NCBI GenBank assembly: GCA_029287195.1
Contig: JARFRN010000039.1
Location: 1,927-65,926, forward strand
From: Acidimicrobiia bacterium
Lineage (GTDB): Bacteria; Actinomycetota; Acidimicrobiia; Spongiisociales; UBA5794
Length of the DNA stretch: 64,000 nucleotides
Direction: 5' to 3'
Translations under genes and position numbers: made by a program
The notes under the pieces: model-generated
Told to the model about the DNA's origin: nothing
The model's input: the letters and a program-made list of their open reading frames with translations, nothing else
Databases searched by the model: none
Part shown: positions 54,711 through 64,000 of the stretch, piece by piece
Layout: the number at the start of each line of letters is the position of its first letter
How positions within the stretch are numbered: the first letter of the stretch is position 1

Positions 54711-55685
54711 ATGAAGGTCGTCGACTGGCTGCTGGACCCGGAAGACTCGGACCCGGCCATTCGCTGGCAGGTGATGAGGGATCTCCTCGGCTGCCCAGAG
54801 GCCGATTGGTCGGTGGAGCGAGCCAAGGTCGAGACCGAGGGTTGGGGAGCGCGCCTTGTGGCGCTCCACGACGAAGATGGGCAGTGGGCGGGCGGTGCCT
54901 ATTTTCCCGGTGACTTCGATTTCGACGGTCCGGAGGCCCTTCCTGGTGCCGGCCAACCCTGGACCGCTACCACCTACTCACTGTCGCAGCTCCGCGACTT
55001 CGGTCTGGATCCAGAGTCCGCGTCCGCTCAACGATTCGTGCAACTGATTGGCGAGAACTCTCGCTGGGAAGAGGGGAATCAGCCTTACTGGGAAGGCGAG
55101 GTCGAGCCGTGCATCAACGGGATCACCGTTGCCAACGGGTCCTACTTCGGGGTCGATGTCTCGTCGATCGTCGATCGGCTCCTGGGCGAGCGACTCGATG
55201 ATGGCGGTTGGAACTGCGAGGCGGTCAATGGTTCCGTCCGCTCTTCGTACGACACGACGATCAATGTACTCGAGGGTCTGCTCGAGTTTGAGCGTGCCAC
55301 CGGTGGGACGGCAGAAGAGCGCAACGCACGCCACGCCGCCGAGGAATTTTTGCTGGAACGACAACTCTTTCTCCGGCTAAGCACCGGGGAGCCGGCCGAC
55401 GGCGATTTCTTGCTGTTCCGCAACCCGTCCCGCTGGCAGTACGACATCCTCCGTGCCCTCGATTATTTCCGCAGTGCCGGTGTGCTCACGGGCACCGATC
55501 CCGACCCGCGCCTCGCAGCGGCGGTCGAGCACGTCCGCTCGAAGCGCAACGGCAACGGCAGGTGGAAGCTCGACAAGAGTCCCAAGGGACGAGTTTGGTT
55601 CGGCATCGACGACGGGCCGGGGAAGCCGTCGCGCTGGGTGACCCTACGGGCGCGGCGTGTCCTCGACTGGGTGGGTGTGGATTGA
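54711..55685 (+). CDS. prenyltransferase/squalene-oxidase-repeat (alpha/alpha toroid) protein of unknown function
   Basis: The ORF track starts at 54678; I prefer MKVVDWLL. Repeated D(G/E)GxW motifs (DEDGQWAGG, DDGGWNCE, GNGRWKL) are typical of terpenoid-cyclase/prenyltransferase repeats. Confidence 0.65.
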   Translation: MKVVDWLLDPEDSDPAIRWQVMRDLLGCPEADWSVERAKVETEGWGARLVALHDEDGQWAGGAYFPGDFDFDGPEALPGAGQPWTATTYSLSQLRDFGLDPESASAQRFVQLIGENSRWEEGNQPYWEGEVEPCINGITVANGSYFGVDVSSIVDRLLGERLDDGGWNCEAVNGSVRSSYDTTINVLEGLLEFERATGGTAEERNARHAAEEFLLERQLFLRLSTGEPADGDFLLFRNPSRWQYDILRALDYFRSAGVLTGTDPDPRLAAAVEHVRSKRNGNGRWKLDKSPKGRVWFGIDDGPGKPSRWVTLRARRVLDWVGVD

Positions 55686-55765
55686 GCCGGCCGCTGGTGT
55701 TTCGAACGACCAACCAGAGGACGACCTCGACTCTCTCGCCGGCTCAGTAGCCTTGTTGGTACACC

Positions 55766-56962
55766 GTGACACACCATCCCCTCGGCACTGACGGGTCGGG
55801 AGCATTCACCCGGGACCGCCTCACCTTCCTGGCCTACGGGATGGCGCTCACCTTCGGCTATGCAGTGGCTGCACTCGGGCCTGCCATGCCCCTGCTTCGT
55901 GAGGACCTCGGCATCAGTCGTACTGTCGGAGGGCTTCATTTCACGGTGCTGGCGGCAGGTTCGGTGCTGACGGGACTAGTGGTGGGAAGGATCGTTCCCG
56001 TGTGGGGGCGCCGGAGGTTGTTCTGGACGGGGGGAGCCGGGGTAGCCGCAGGATCGCTTCTGATCGGCGCCGGGTGGCATCCGACAATCACGATGGCGGG
56101 ATGCCTTGTTGTGGGAGCGTCGGGTAGCGCCACAGTCATTACCGTTCAGGCTTCGCTGTCCGACCGCCATTCCTCGCACCGCCCCGTGGCTCTCACGGAG
56201 GCAAACATGAGCATGAGCGTCGGCACCGTCATTCCCGCTTTAGTGATCGGCGCTTCCGTCGCTGTCGGGGCCGGTTGGCGGCCCGCGTTCGTCGCACCTG
56301 CCGCGCTCTGGATCACGCTCTTGCTGCTGCTGCGATCTGAGGTGTTCCCTGCGGCGGCTGCGACCGGTCAACCCGGACACCGCCGGGCATTGCCCGGGGC
56401 CTACTGGTGGTTCTGGGCAGCCTTTATCCCGGCAGTCGGCGCCGAGTGGTCCGTCGGCGCCTGGGGTGCCGACTACCTGGTGAGCGTTGCCGGGACCAAG
56501 GAAGGAGCGGCCTCATTCCTCATGTCGGGTTTCTTCGGAGCCATGGTTCTCGGTCGATTCCTCGGGGGAAGGGTCGCCCGGAGGACCAAACCGTTTCCCC
56601 TTTTGCTGGGAACGACGACTCTGGGGCTGGGTGGTGCATTCTTGTTGTGGGGCTCCGGTTCCCGGCCTCTTGTCGTATGCGGCCTCTTCGTTACCGGGCT
56701 GGGCATCTCGATGCTATTCCCGATGCTGCTGTCGCTGGCGATAGGCATTGTTTCGGATCGACCCGACGTTGCGGCGGCCCGGATCTCCATCGCAGCAGGT
56801 GGCTCGGTGATCGTGGCGCCGCTTACCCTGGGCGCCCTGGCGGATCAGATCGGGATTCGTGGTGCCTTTGGCCTCGTGCCCGGGCTGCTGGTGTTTGTCG
56901 TTCTGTTTGCCGCACTCGGGCGGCGGGCGAGCGTTGGGCAAGAGCCGTCCGTCCCGGTCTGA
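55766..56962 (+). CDS. MFS transporter
   Basis: 398 aa. About 12 TM segments, with a GRI.P.WGRRR loop between TM2 and TM3. Confidence 0.75.
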   Translation: MTHHPLGTDGSGAFTRDRLTFLAYGMALTFGYAVAALGPAMPLLREDLGISRTVGGLHFTVLAAGSVLTGLVVGRIVPVWGRRRLFWTGGAGVAAGSLLIGAGWHPTITMAGCLVVGASGSATVITVQASLSDRHSSHRPVALTEANMSMSVGTVIPALVIGASVAVGAGWRPAFVAPAALWITLLLLLRSEVFPAAAATGQPGHRRALPGAYWWFWAAFIPAVGAEWSVGAWGADYLVSVAGTKEGAASFLMSGFFGAMVLGRFLGGRVARRTKPFPLLLGTTTLGLGGAFLLWGSGSRPLVVCGLFVTGLGISMLFPMLLSLAIGIVSDRPDVAAARISIAAGGSVIVAPLTLGALADQIGIRGAFGLVPGLLVFVVLFAALGRRASVGQEPSVPV

Positions 56963-56992
56963 TACGGTGAGCGGTCCAACCAGGAGGAAGTT

Positions 56993-57448
56993 GTGCGCGT
57001 AACGCTTCACGCAGATGTGGACTCTGAGGTCGACCCGGAGCTCATCCGCAAGGCATTGCTCGACTTCACAGATCGTCGGCCCGATATCTGGCCCCAGCTC
57101 GATCGAAAGACATATGAGCTGCACTGGCTCGGCGAAACCGGAGCAGAGGTCACGGAAGGAAGCCCCTTCCCCAGGGTCTGGTCGCGCGAGCGCTACGACT
57201 GGTCACACCCGACGAAGATCACCTGGACGGCAGTCGAGTCGAACTTCTGCACGCCGGGCAGTCACATCTCGATGGACGTCACCCCAAACGGCTCCGGAGG
57301 CAGCCGGGTCGCCGTCACCTGGGATCGGACGGCGGCAAATCTGCGTGGGCGAATCAACCTTGCCGTAATCGCTGTTGGAGGGAACCGTTTGCTGCGCTGG
57401 GCAACCCACAAATCGCTGCGGGATGTGGCAAAGGCCTACAGCGAGTGA
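56993..57448 (+). CDS. SRPBCC (START/polyketide-cyclase-like) family protein
   Basis: 151 aa. The general pattern is ...ALLDFTDRRPDIWP...W....V........GS......V.P.G.GGSRVAVTWDR. Weak call by eye. Confidence 0.5.
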   Translation: MRVTLHADVDSEVDPELIRKALLDFTDRRPDIWPQLDRKTYELHWLGETGAEVTEGSPFPRVWSRERYDWSHPTKITWTAVESNFCTPGSHISMDVTPNGSGGSRVAVTWDRTAANLRGRINLAVIAVGGNRLLRWATHKSLRDVAKAYSE

Positions 57449-57472
57449 GAGATTGCGATGTGCGCCACGCGG

Positions 57473-57946
57473 TCAGACGCCGACGATCGGCAGGGCCGAC
57501 TCCGGAAAGACCCACAACGCCTCGTTGAACATGGCAAACGCCTTGGCTCCGGGCTCACCCTCGGGGAATTCGTACTCTGGGAGTTCGGCGCAGGCCTCGA
57601 GCGCCTTCTTCGCGTCGTCTTCTGCCGCGCCGGTTATGTCATCGGCGGCTATCTCATCACCATCGGCTTCTTCATCGCCGGGGGCTCGGGCGCACTGCTG
57701 CAAGTGGCCGAACGGGATTCCGTAGTAATCCTTGATGCGCTTCCCGTAGGCCATGGCCCATTCGGGTGGCCCGCCCTTCGTCTTCTCGCCATCCGGAGTC
57801 CCTACGTCACCGGCGACGGTGTTGTCGGCGGACTTGCCGTGGCCGGGCGGTGGCCCGGGAACACCACCCGGTGCTGCACTCACGGGCACTGCACCTACCA
57901 GCAGCAGCGCTACGGTGGCTACCAGCACGATCAATCGGTTTCTCAT
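57473..57946 (-). CDS. secreted hypothetical protein
   Basis: 157 aa. Signal peptide MRNRLIVLVATVALLLVGAVPVSA-AP. Gly/Pro-rich, then an acidic domain. It is the last gene of the ECF sigma/anti-sigma operon. Confidence 0.6.
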   Translation of the reverse strand: MRNRLIVLVATVALLLVGAVPVSAAPGGVPGPPPGHGKSADNTVAGDVGTPDGEKTKGGPPEWAMAYGKRIKDYYGIPFGHLQQCARAPGDEEADGDEIAADDITGAAEDDAKKALEACAELPEYEFPEGEPGAKAFAMFNEALWVFPESALPIVGV

Positions 57947-57959
57947 TCGGTTCCTTTCC

Positions 57960-58874
57960 TCAAGGTTGATTGCCGGGCGGATCCGGCCGTCCGGGCTTGG
58001 AATCGCTCAGGCCCGGTGGATTGGCAGGGACATCATCTCGTTCTCCCGACTCCTTGTCGGAGAGACGCGGTGGGTCCGTCGAGGTTTCAGTAGGCGTGAC
58101 GGGATCCCGATCGGAGAGGCCGGGTGGGTCTACCCGGCCATGGGCGGGCGGCCCGGGAGCTGCGGACTTCGGTCGATCTTCTGGCCCGCCGATCTGACGA
58201 GCGAGCTCTGCGACACGGGCGCCGTCGACATCGCCGACGTTCTCCGAAATGTAGGTGAGTAGGCCCGCAACTCCTTCGCGGGTTGTCGCCGATGGAGCGG
58301 CACCAGCATGACCTACGCGAGTCGCCGCATCCATCAGTGCCTCTGCTGCCGCGCCACCGTTCGATTCGTTCTCTTCCAGTGTCTCGGCGGCATGTTGCAA
58401 GCCAAGATCGACTTCGCCGGAGTCGACGAGCGCTGCGGCTTCGCTCAATCGTTCTTGCTCGGCACCCGCCCCGATGCCAATGGTTTCGAACGCACGGTCG
58501 ATGCCGTAGAGGGCATCGCCGGGCTTGGCGTTGTCGGCGGCAACGGCCAGGCCGCTGGTCCCACCCAAGAAAACGGCGGTAGCCACCGTGACGGTGGCCG
58601 CCCGGCCTCGCAATGCGGGGATCAGCGACCATCCTCGCTGTGGTGTATCCACCGGCGAGGCGACGGGTGTTTCCGCCGACGACGCGGCTGCGGCCACATA
58701 TGCGGCAACCGCGTCATCTGCAAGTTCGCCACCGGCGCGTAGCACGGCGAAGAGGTCGGTAAGCGGCTGCAGGTCCTCGCCGACATCAGGCGCACCCGTA
58801 AGTAACCGCTCGATCTCAGCATCGGAGGTCCAAATCCTGTCCATCTCATCTAGGTAATCGCCAAAGGCGCTCAT
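57960..58874 (-). CDS. membrane-spanning anti-sigma-like protein (DUF5667-like extracytoplasmic domain) with PPGLSD repeats
   Basis: 304 aa. 4-nt overlap with the sigma gene. Single TM segment ATVTVATAVFLGGTSGLAVAA. C-terminus DPPGLSDRD...DPPRLSDKE...NPPGLSDSK. Confidence 0.6.
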   Translation of the reverse strand: MSAFGDYLDEMDRIWTSDAEIERLLTGAPDVGEDLQPLTDLFAVLRAGGELADDAVAAYVAAAASSAETPVASPVDTPQRGWSLIPALRGRAATVTVATAVFLGGTSGLAVAADNAKPGDALYGIDRAFETIGIGAGAEQERLSEAAALVDSGEVDLGLQHAAETLEENESNGGAAAEALMDAATRVGHAGAAPSATTREGVAGLLTYISENVGDVDGARVAELARQIGGPEDRPKSAAPGPPAHGRVDPPGLSDRDPVTPTETSTDPPRLSDKESGERDDVPANPPGLSDSKPGRPDPPGNQP

Positions 58875-59596
58875 TTGGATACGCCCTCCGACAAGAGCAT
58901 TCTGCGTAGCTTCGAGATAGCCCGCCGTTGCAGACCTTTGACTGCACCCACCGGCCTTCCCATGATGGCTGCGGTTTCTGCCAGGGTGAGCCCGGCGATG
59001 ACCCGCAACGAAATCGCATCCCGCTGACTCTCAGTGAGGACATCCAACATTCGCTCGGCGTCGGCAGTTCCAAGAATCTGCAGCGCTTCGTCCTCGGCGC
59101 TGGGGGTCAACTCGCTCGACAGGGCCACGTCAACCAGTTGGGTCTCTCGAGGGCGGCGGCGCAGTCGGCGGCGCTCGTCGGACAGGCGCCGGTAGGCGAT
59201 TACGAACACCCACGAGCGAAACGAGGATTGCTCTCCGGTAAACGTGCCGATGTTGCGGGCCATGTCCACGAGTACTTCGCCGACCAACGCGTCGGGATCC
59301 GCCATGCCGCGGATCTGGAAGAAACGTCTCAGGTTGGGCGCGTAGCCACGGACGATGATTTCCCACGCCCAATCGGAGCCCTCCTGGGCGGCGGCGAGAA
59401 CTCCTTCGAAGCCGGATATCGTCAACGGCAGTCTTTCCTGGCGGAACGGCTTTATGACATCGGCTCCACGAGGCGAAGCCTTGAACGGCGACAATCTTCT
59501 CAGCCGGTCGCTCACCGGTACCGGCCGGGCCGACTCTTCCTGAATCCGTGTGAACGCCGTGCTCGGCGCGAATGGGCTCCCGCAGGTCGTTTGCAT
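58871..59596 (-). CDS. ECF-type sigma-70 family factor
   Basis: Region 2 FRSWVFVIAYRRLSDERR. Region 4 LRVIAGLTLAETAAIMGRPVGAVKGLQRRA. Start uncertain (ATG 59596 or GTG 59515). Confidence 0.8.
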   Translation of the reverse strand: MQTTCGSPFAPSTAFTRIQEESARPVPVSDRLRRLSPFKASPRGADVIKPFRQERLPLTISGFEGVLAAAQEGSDWAWEIIVRGYAPNLRRFFQIRGMADPDALVGEVLVDMARNIGTFTGEQSSFRSWVFVIAYRRLSDERRRLRRRPRETQLVDVALSSELTPSAEDEALQILGTADAERMLDVLTESQRDAISLRVIAGLTLAETAAIMGRPVGAVKGLQRRAISKLRRMLLSEGVSK

Positions 59597-59818
59597 TGGG
59601 AAGTGGGTGGAGCGGCAGGAAGCAGACCTGGAGAAATCGAACTCCGCTCGAGGCGGGGTTCCCTTGGATACGGCCGAGAAGAGAGTAGTTAGCGAAGGTT
59701 GCAGAGTCCGCGCAAGAAGAGATCGGCGACGCCAACAACGGCGGCCGCCTCACCTCCTACCGACTCCGGCCTGTTACGTCTGACCGGTAACTAGTCGCGA
59801 ATCCCGAGCCAGCGGGGG

Positions 59819-60793
59819 TCACCGCTGTAGCAGCAGCTCGATCTCTTCCATCTGCGCTGTAGTCAGCGGCCCGAAGTGCATTGCCGTCGCGTTCTCCCGG
59901 GCTTGCGCAACGGTGCGGATGCCGGGGATAGGGATGTTGACCTTTGACCGAGCCCACAGCCAGGCGATGGCGCCTTGGACCAGCGACCGACCCTCCGACG
60001 TGAGAACCTCACGAACCGAATCCAACATATCGAGGAACTGCGGCGTGGGCACCCCGTCGTCGAAGTAGCGCAACCAATCGGGGGAGAGGTTGCGAATGTC
60101 ACCTTCGGCGATCTTCGAGTCGGCCGTGTACTTGCCGGTGAGCAATCCCATCGCCAGCGGCCCCCGGTTGAGGCAGGCGAGCCCGTTCCTCTCGGCAACG
60201 GCAATGACATCTGCATTGTCGGCGAGCACGTTTATCTCGGCTTGGACTGCCCTGTAGCCGGGGCCACCCAGCCAGCGCTGCGCTCGATCGGCGTGATCGG
60301 TGCTCCATCCGTAGGCTCGGATCTTGCCTTCGTCTACGAGGGTCTCGAGGGCGGCGCGCAGATCGTCTACTTCCGGTCCGGCGTAATCGTTGAGATGGAA
60401 CTGGTACAGATCGATGTAGTCGGTAGCGAGGCGCTGCAGCGAACCCTCCAGCGAGCGTCGCACGTTCGCAACCGACCCGTCGGAGCCGTCGAGGACCCGG
60501 GTCTCTTCGACCATGGTGTTGCCCCACTTCGTTGCCAGCACGATCTCGTCACGCCTTCCGGCGAGCGCCCGGGCCAGCACCTTCTCGGAACGTCCCGCCC
60601 CATAAACGTTGGCCGTGTCGAACAGTGTGATTCCCGCATCGAAAGCGGCGCGGACGGCAGCGATCGACTCCTCGTCATCGACCTCGCCCCAGCCGAATGG
60701 TTCACCCGTCGGGCTGAAGAAGGGCCCGCCGATGGCCCAGCTCCCAAACCCCATTGGGCTCACCGCGATGTTTCCAATCTTGCGTTGGTCCAT
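59819..60793 (-). CDS. aldo/keto reductase
   Basis: 324 aa. MGFGSWAIGG, FDTANVYG.GRSE, and IDLYQFH match the family across its full length. Confidence 0.88.
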   Translation of the reverse strand: MDQRKIGNIAVSPMGFGSWAIGGPFFSPTGEPFGWGEVDDEESIAAVRAAFDAGITLFDTANVYGAGRSEKVLARALAGRRDEIVLATKWGNTMVEETRVLDGSDGSVANVRRSLEGSLQRLATDYIDLYQFHLNDYAGPEVDDLRAALETLVDEGKIRAYGWSTDHADRAQRWLGGPGYRAVQAEINVLADNADVIAVAERNGLACLNRGPLAMGLLTGKYTADSKIAEGDIRNLSPDWLRYFDDGVPTPQFLDMLDSVREVLTSEGRSLVQGAIAWLWARSKVNIPIPGIRTVAQARENATAMHFGPLTTAQMEEIELLLQR

Positions 60794-60891
60794 GGGTGTG
60801 ATGCTAGGCGTTGGGATACTTCGGGACGTTGGCCACTAGCGGGCGGGGTTTGCTGCGACTCAGTATCTCTAGATCCAAGACAGGAGCTCCA

Positions 60892-61356
60892 GTGACGCTT
60901 CCCACAACCGCAGACGAGATTTGGCCCCACATCGAGAAGTGGCCGTTCGCCGTTCTCAGCTTCGTTACGCCCAAAGGCGAATCGCGCAGCGCCGGGGTCA
61001 TGTACAAGGTCAAGGACCGTAAGCTCTATGTCCTGACGGGGCCAAACACTTGGAAGGCTAAGCACATCAAGGCCAATCCGAACGTGTCGGTGACTGTGAC
61101 GGTCCAACGGTTGCCGATCCGTATCAGGCAGGCGCCTCCGGCTGTCATCACCTTCCCCGGCGTTGCGATGGTGCTCGAACTGGACCAGGTCGACGCCGAT
61201 CTGCGTAGGGAATTGACCCGAGGCCTCGGGGAGATGCCGGACACGTGTGTGATTCGTATCGATCCCACCGGGCGCTTTGTCACGTACGGCATCGGAATAC
61301 CGATGCGGCAGATGCGTCACCCGGAGCGATCGTTGGCGCGAGTCCCGGTTGTATGA
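60892..61356 (+). CDS. pyridoxamine 5'-phosphate oxidase-like (split-barrel flavin/F420-binding) protein
   Basis: GTG 60892 is preceded by AGGAG; the ORF track starts at 60811. WPFAVLSFVTPKGESRSAGVMY...LYVLTGPNTWKAKHIKANPNVSVTV. Confidence 0.6.
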   Translation: MTLPTTADEIWPHIEKWPFAVLSFVTPKGESRSAGVMYKVKDRKLYVLTGPNTWKAKHIKANPNVSVTVTVQRLPIRIRQAPPAVITFPGVAMVLELDQVDADLRRELTRGLGEMPDTCVIRIDPTGRFVTYGIGIPMRQMRHPERSLARVPVV

Positions 61357-61464
61357 ACGCGCTCCTGCTCCGGCTCGAGTGATTCGGGTTGCGGGTCCCT
61401 CGGATCCTGTGGCAATGGGTGATCAGGGCCGAGGCAAAACGTTCTGGCAAAGAACTCGAGTGGT

Positions 61465-62171
61465 TCACTCCCAACCACCATCGGGTCCGTGACTGCTGTT
61501 ACCGAGATTGCGGCCGCGGGATCTCCGGTAGCTGCGGAGCACCTGGGTGGTGCGGCGGGACTGGATGAGGGTCGCGATCGGCATGATGATGCCGATGTCT
61601 TTCAATCCGTCACATCCCTGGGATGTCAGAAACATGTCGACGGCGTCCTCGACGAGGCGTAGCCAGCGATCGCCGCCGGGATCGTTGGCCACCTGCTGGT
61701 TCGCTGGGCCGCTGGTGAGTGCAGTCCATAGGTCTGCGGGAGCTTCGTCCTCAATGCCGATGAAGGTCATGTAGCCCCGCATCTTCTGCAGATTGGCTAC
61801 GGCAACCGCATATGCCTCGGGGGAGGGTTGCCAGCCCGGTATCGAGTGCTGGAACAGCAGCTGGAAGCGGGCAGGGTCCGCATCGCAGAACTCGATGAAC
61901 CGGCGCGCCGCCTCGATGGTGTTTGGCGCGCGGATAGCCCCTCCATCGACTCCAGGTACCGGTAATCGTCGCCGAGGGCTTTGTTTCCTTGGATGAACAT
62001 GGCGTCGTAGATGGCATCCTTACCGTCGAAGTACTCGTATAGGGAGGAGGCTGCCATGCCGAGTTTGGCGGCCAACTCCCGCATCCCGATCTGCTCCAGC
62101 CCGCTCTCGTGGGCCAGGTCTCAGGCCGCTTCGAGGATTGCCTCCCGTGTTGCCGCCCGTCGCTTTGCCAC
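61465..62171 (-). pseudogene. TetR family regulator disrupted by an in-frame TGA and a frameshift
   Basis: From GTG 62171: VAKRRAATREAILEAA-TGA(62123..62121)-DLAHESGLEQIGMRELAAKLGMAASSLYEYFDGKDAIYDAMF (HTH). Near the CCCC run at 61938..61941 the sensible frame shifts to ...NTIEAARRFIEFCDADPARFQLLFQ...DLWTALTSGPANQQ... Confidence 0.6.
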
Positions 62172-62236
62172 CCGACTTGTTGCCAGACTCCAAGAGGGGC
62201 CACATGTCGAATTACCACTCGAACGCGGTGTCTCAG

Positions 62237-62866
62237 CTAGTTCCTGATGTCGATCGACGAGGCGCCGCTGCTATCGACTTCGACACTCGAAGGGTCCCCA
62301 TAAACGTCGAGGCTCGAGGCTCCTGATACCGATCCACTCACGACGCCGCCGGCTGCGACTTCAACGCTCGAGGCGCCGCTCACATCGAGTTCGACATCAG
62401 TCACAGTCAGGTCCCGGAGATCGACGCTGGACGCGCCGGACGTGTCGAGACTGAGAGCAGTCGCGGAGCCGGTGACCTTGACATTGCTGGCACCGCTGGC
62501 ATCCAGGGCGACGAGTTGCTTCATCGTGACCGCAATCATGCGATCGGCACCGCCGGTGAGGTTGACGCTGCCGTCGATGTCGAGAACGAGCGTGTTGCCG
62601 CTGACCCGGGTGACGACCATCGCGATGATGTTGTCGTCGAAGGTCACATTGACCGACTGTGCGGCGTTGGGGTCGACGATCACATCCAGGTCGAGCGCGC
62701 TCCCGACGTCGATGGAGTCGAAATCCGCGACATCCCGGCTCTCGGTAACCAAGTTGCCGGAACCCCGCTCACCGGTTCCGAGGACGTCCTCGTCGCAGGC
62801 CACGAGCAGGGTCGACGCGAAGACAATGAGCAGCAGTGTGGGCAATCGGAGCCGGCTCGGGCGCAT
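62237..62866 (-). CDS. DUF2807-like (head-GIN / beta-helical) lipoprotein
   Basis: 209 aa. Lipobox LLVAC-D. Repeated SGAS.(V/I).(V/L) beta-strand units. Confidence 0.7.
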   Translation of the reverse strand: MRPSRLRLPTLLLIVFASTLLVACDEDVLGTGERGSGNLVTESRDVADFDSIDVGSALDLDVIVDPNAAQSVNVTFDDNIIAMVVTRVSGNTLVLDIDGSVNLTGGADRMIAVTMKQLVALDASGASNVKVTGSATALSLDTSGASSVDLRDLTVTDVELDVSGASSVEVAAGGVVSGSVSGASSLDVYGDPSSVEVDSSGASSIDIRN

Positions 62867-63053
62867 GTGCGTTCCGTTTCGTCGCTACGCCCCAAGCTAC
62901 CCGATGGCCATTGAAGTGGCCCGATGGCCGGCAGTGACCGTTCCTGACTAGATCCGGCAGACCCGGTGCTCCGGACTCACGCGCCAACAGACATCCTGGT
63001 GGCGCTGCGGTGATGGCGGTACCCTGCGGACGACGATCCAGCCGGAGGTTCGC

Positions 63054-63815
63054 ATGGAGATTGCAGGCACCGCAGCGGTGGTCACGGGGGGCGCATCGGG
63101 GTTGGGTGCAGCTACGGCCAGGCGGCTCGCTGCCGCCGAGGTCAAGGTCGTCGTCCTGGATCTACAGGATGATCTTGGTGACGCCATCGCCGACCAGGTC
63201 GGCGGCGCTTACGTTCACGCCGATGTCACCGACGAGAAGCAGGTGGAGGCGGCGGTCCTCGCCGCAACGGAAATGGGTCCGTTGCGGATTCTGGTCAACT
63301 GTGCGGGGATTGCGCCGCCGGCGCGGACGGTGAGTCGTGACGGTGTACCGCACGATCTGCGCCAGTTCGAAAAGGTCATAGCCGTCAACTTGGTGGGCAC
63401 ATTCAACTGCATCCGCCTGGTGGCGGCCGCGATGGCGAAGACCGATCCGCTCGACCATGGGGAGCGTGGGGCGATAGTCAATACCGCGTCGGTCGCTGCC
63501 TTCGACGGGCAGATCGGCCAGGCCGCCTACTCGGCTTCGAAGAGCGGCATCGTTGGGCTGACCTTGCCGATTGCCCGCGACCTGTCATCCATCGGGGTGA
63601 GGGTGAACACCATCGCTCCCGGCATCGTGGATACGCCGATGCTGGCTGGTCTCCCCGAGAAGGCGAAGGAATCGCTGGGACATCAGGTTCTCTTCCCGCA
63701 GCGGCTTGGTACGACTACCGAGTACGCCGAGCTGGCGCACTTCATCGTCACTCATTCCTACATGAACGGGGAGACGGTGCGGATGGACGGCGGCATTCGG
63801 ATGGCCCCAAAATAG
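63054..63815 (+). CDS. short-chain dehydrogenase/reductase (HSD10/3-hydroxyacyl-CoA dehydrogenase type II-like)
   Basis: 253 aa. TGGASGLG, NCAGI, catalytic YSASK, PGIVDTPM. Confidence 0.88.
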   Translation: MEIAGTAAVVTGGASGLGAATARRLAAAEVKVVVLDLQDDLGDAIADQVGGAYVHADVTDEKQVEAAVLAATEMGPLRILVNCAGIAPPARTVSRDGVPHDLRQFEKVIAVNLVGTFNCIRLVAAAMAKTDPLDHGERGAIVNTASVAAFDGQIGQAAYSASKSGIVGLTLPIARDLSSIGVRVNTIAPGIVDTPMLAGLPEKAKESLGHQVLFPQRLGTTTEYAELAHFIVTHSYMNGETVRMDGGIRMAPK

Positions 63816-63904
63816 GTATTGCAATCGATTATCTAGTCGGATTGCTCTAGAGTCTCTGGCTCACGGTTGCTCAACATCGGGCGTTGTCTGCCGACTGGAT
63901 ACGT

Positions 63905-64000
63905 ATGAAGCCTGTGATCGCCGTTTCGGCGCAAACAGCAATCTCCGAGTCGAAGCACTACGGAGAACAGAGGCTCACCAGCCTCTACGACCTCTACGTC
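63905..64000 (+). CDS. start of an unidentified CDS (runs off the right edge)
   Basis: ATG 63905 gives MKPVIAVSAQTAISESKHYGEQRLTSLYDLYV, open to the window end. It is faintly reminiscent of peptidase C26/GATase N-termini. The sequence is too short to call. Confidence 0.3.
   Translation, partial: MKPVIAVSAQTAISESKHYGEQRLTSLYDLYV

Noticed and set aside
62121-62123. In-frame TGA in the TetR gene as a possible selenocysteine codon, given the selenium theme
   Set aside because: The position is in an ordinary helix of a TetR N-terminus with no redox motif. The gene also carries a frameshift. I saw no SECIS-like hairpin immediately downstream. A nonsense mutation or sequencing error is far more likely.

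Overview
GC-rich, gene-dense chromosomal segment with actinobacterial-type codon bias. Many genes are joined by 1-nt or 4-nt start/stop overlaps. I call about 58 protein-coding genes and 2 pseudogenes (a third locus, the sigma factor at 35573, may also be damaged). By eye I found no rRNA, tRNA, CRISPR array, transposase or integrase. The main theme is a three-part gene set resembling the E. coli ygeW-ygfK / yqeA-yqeC region, i.e. selenium-dependent molybdenum hydroxylase (SDMH) and anaerobic-type purine/urate catabolism. Block A (495-7700) holds a Mop-like Mo hydroxylase, SsnA and YgfK. Block B (12144-18841) holds YqeC, YqeB, XdhC, an XdhD-like hydroxylase, a FAD subunit and MocA. It is followed by an operon of gdhA, two tandem unknown paralogs, a CoA-transferase and a saccharopine-dehydrogenase-like gene, then by a BMP-family nucleoside-type ABC importer. 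Block C (47297-53821) holds two carbamoyltransferases, a carbamate kinase, two fold-type-II PLP enzymes and a GntR regulator. Housekeeping and envelope genes lie between the blocks: cytochrome c, an SLH-like amidase, DivIVA, an ABC-2 exporter with TetR, a Trx-VKOR fusion, two ECF sigma/anti-sigma pairs, a two-component/HtrA-like/MoxR/DUF58/VWA operon, a Kv-type channel, MFS transporters and oxidoreductases. Several loci look decayed or mis-assembled, with in-frame stops and frameshifts. All functional calls rest on motif and architecture recognition by eye, and no database search was run. Start codons are often uncertain. Most long ORFs lying antisense to these genes are treated as GC-bias artefacts.
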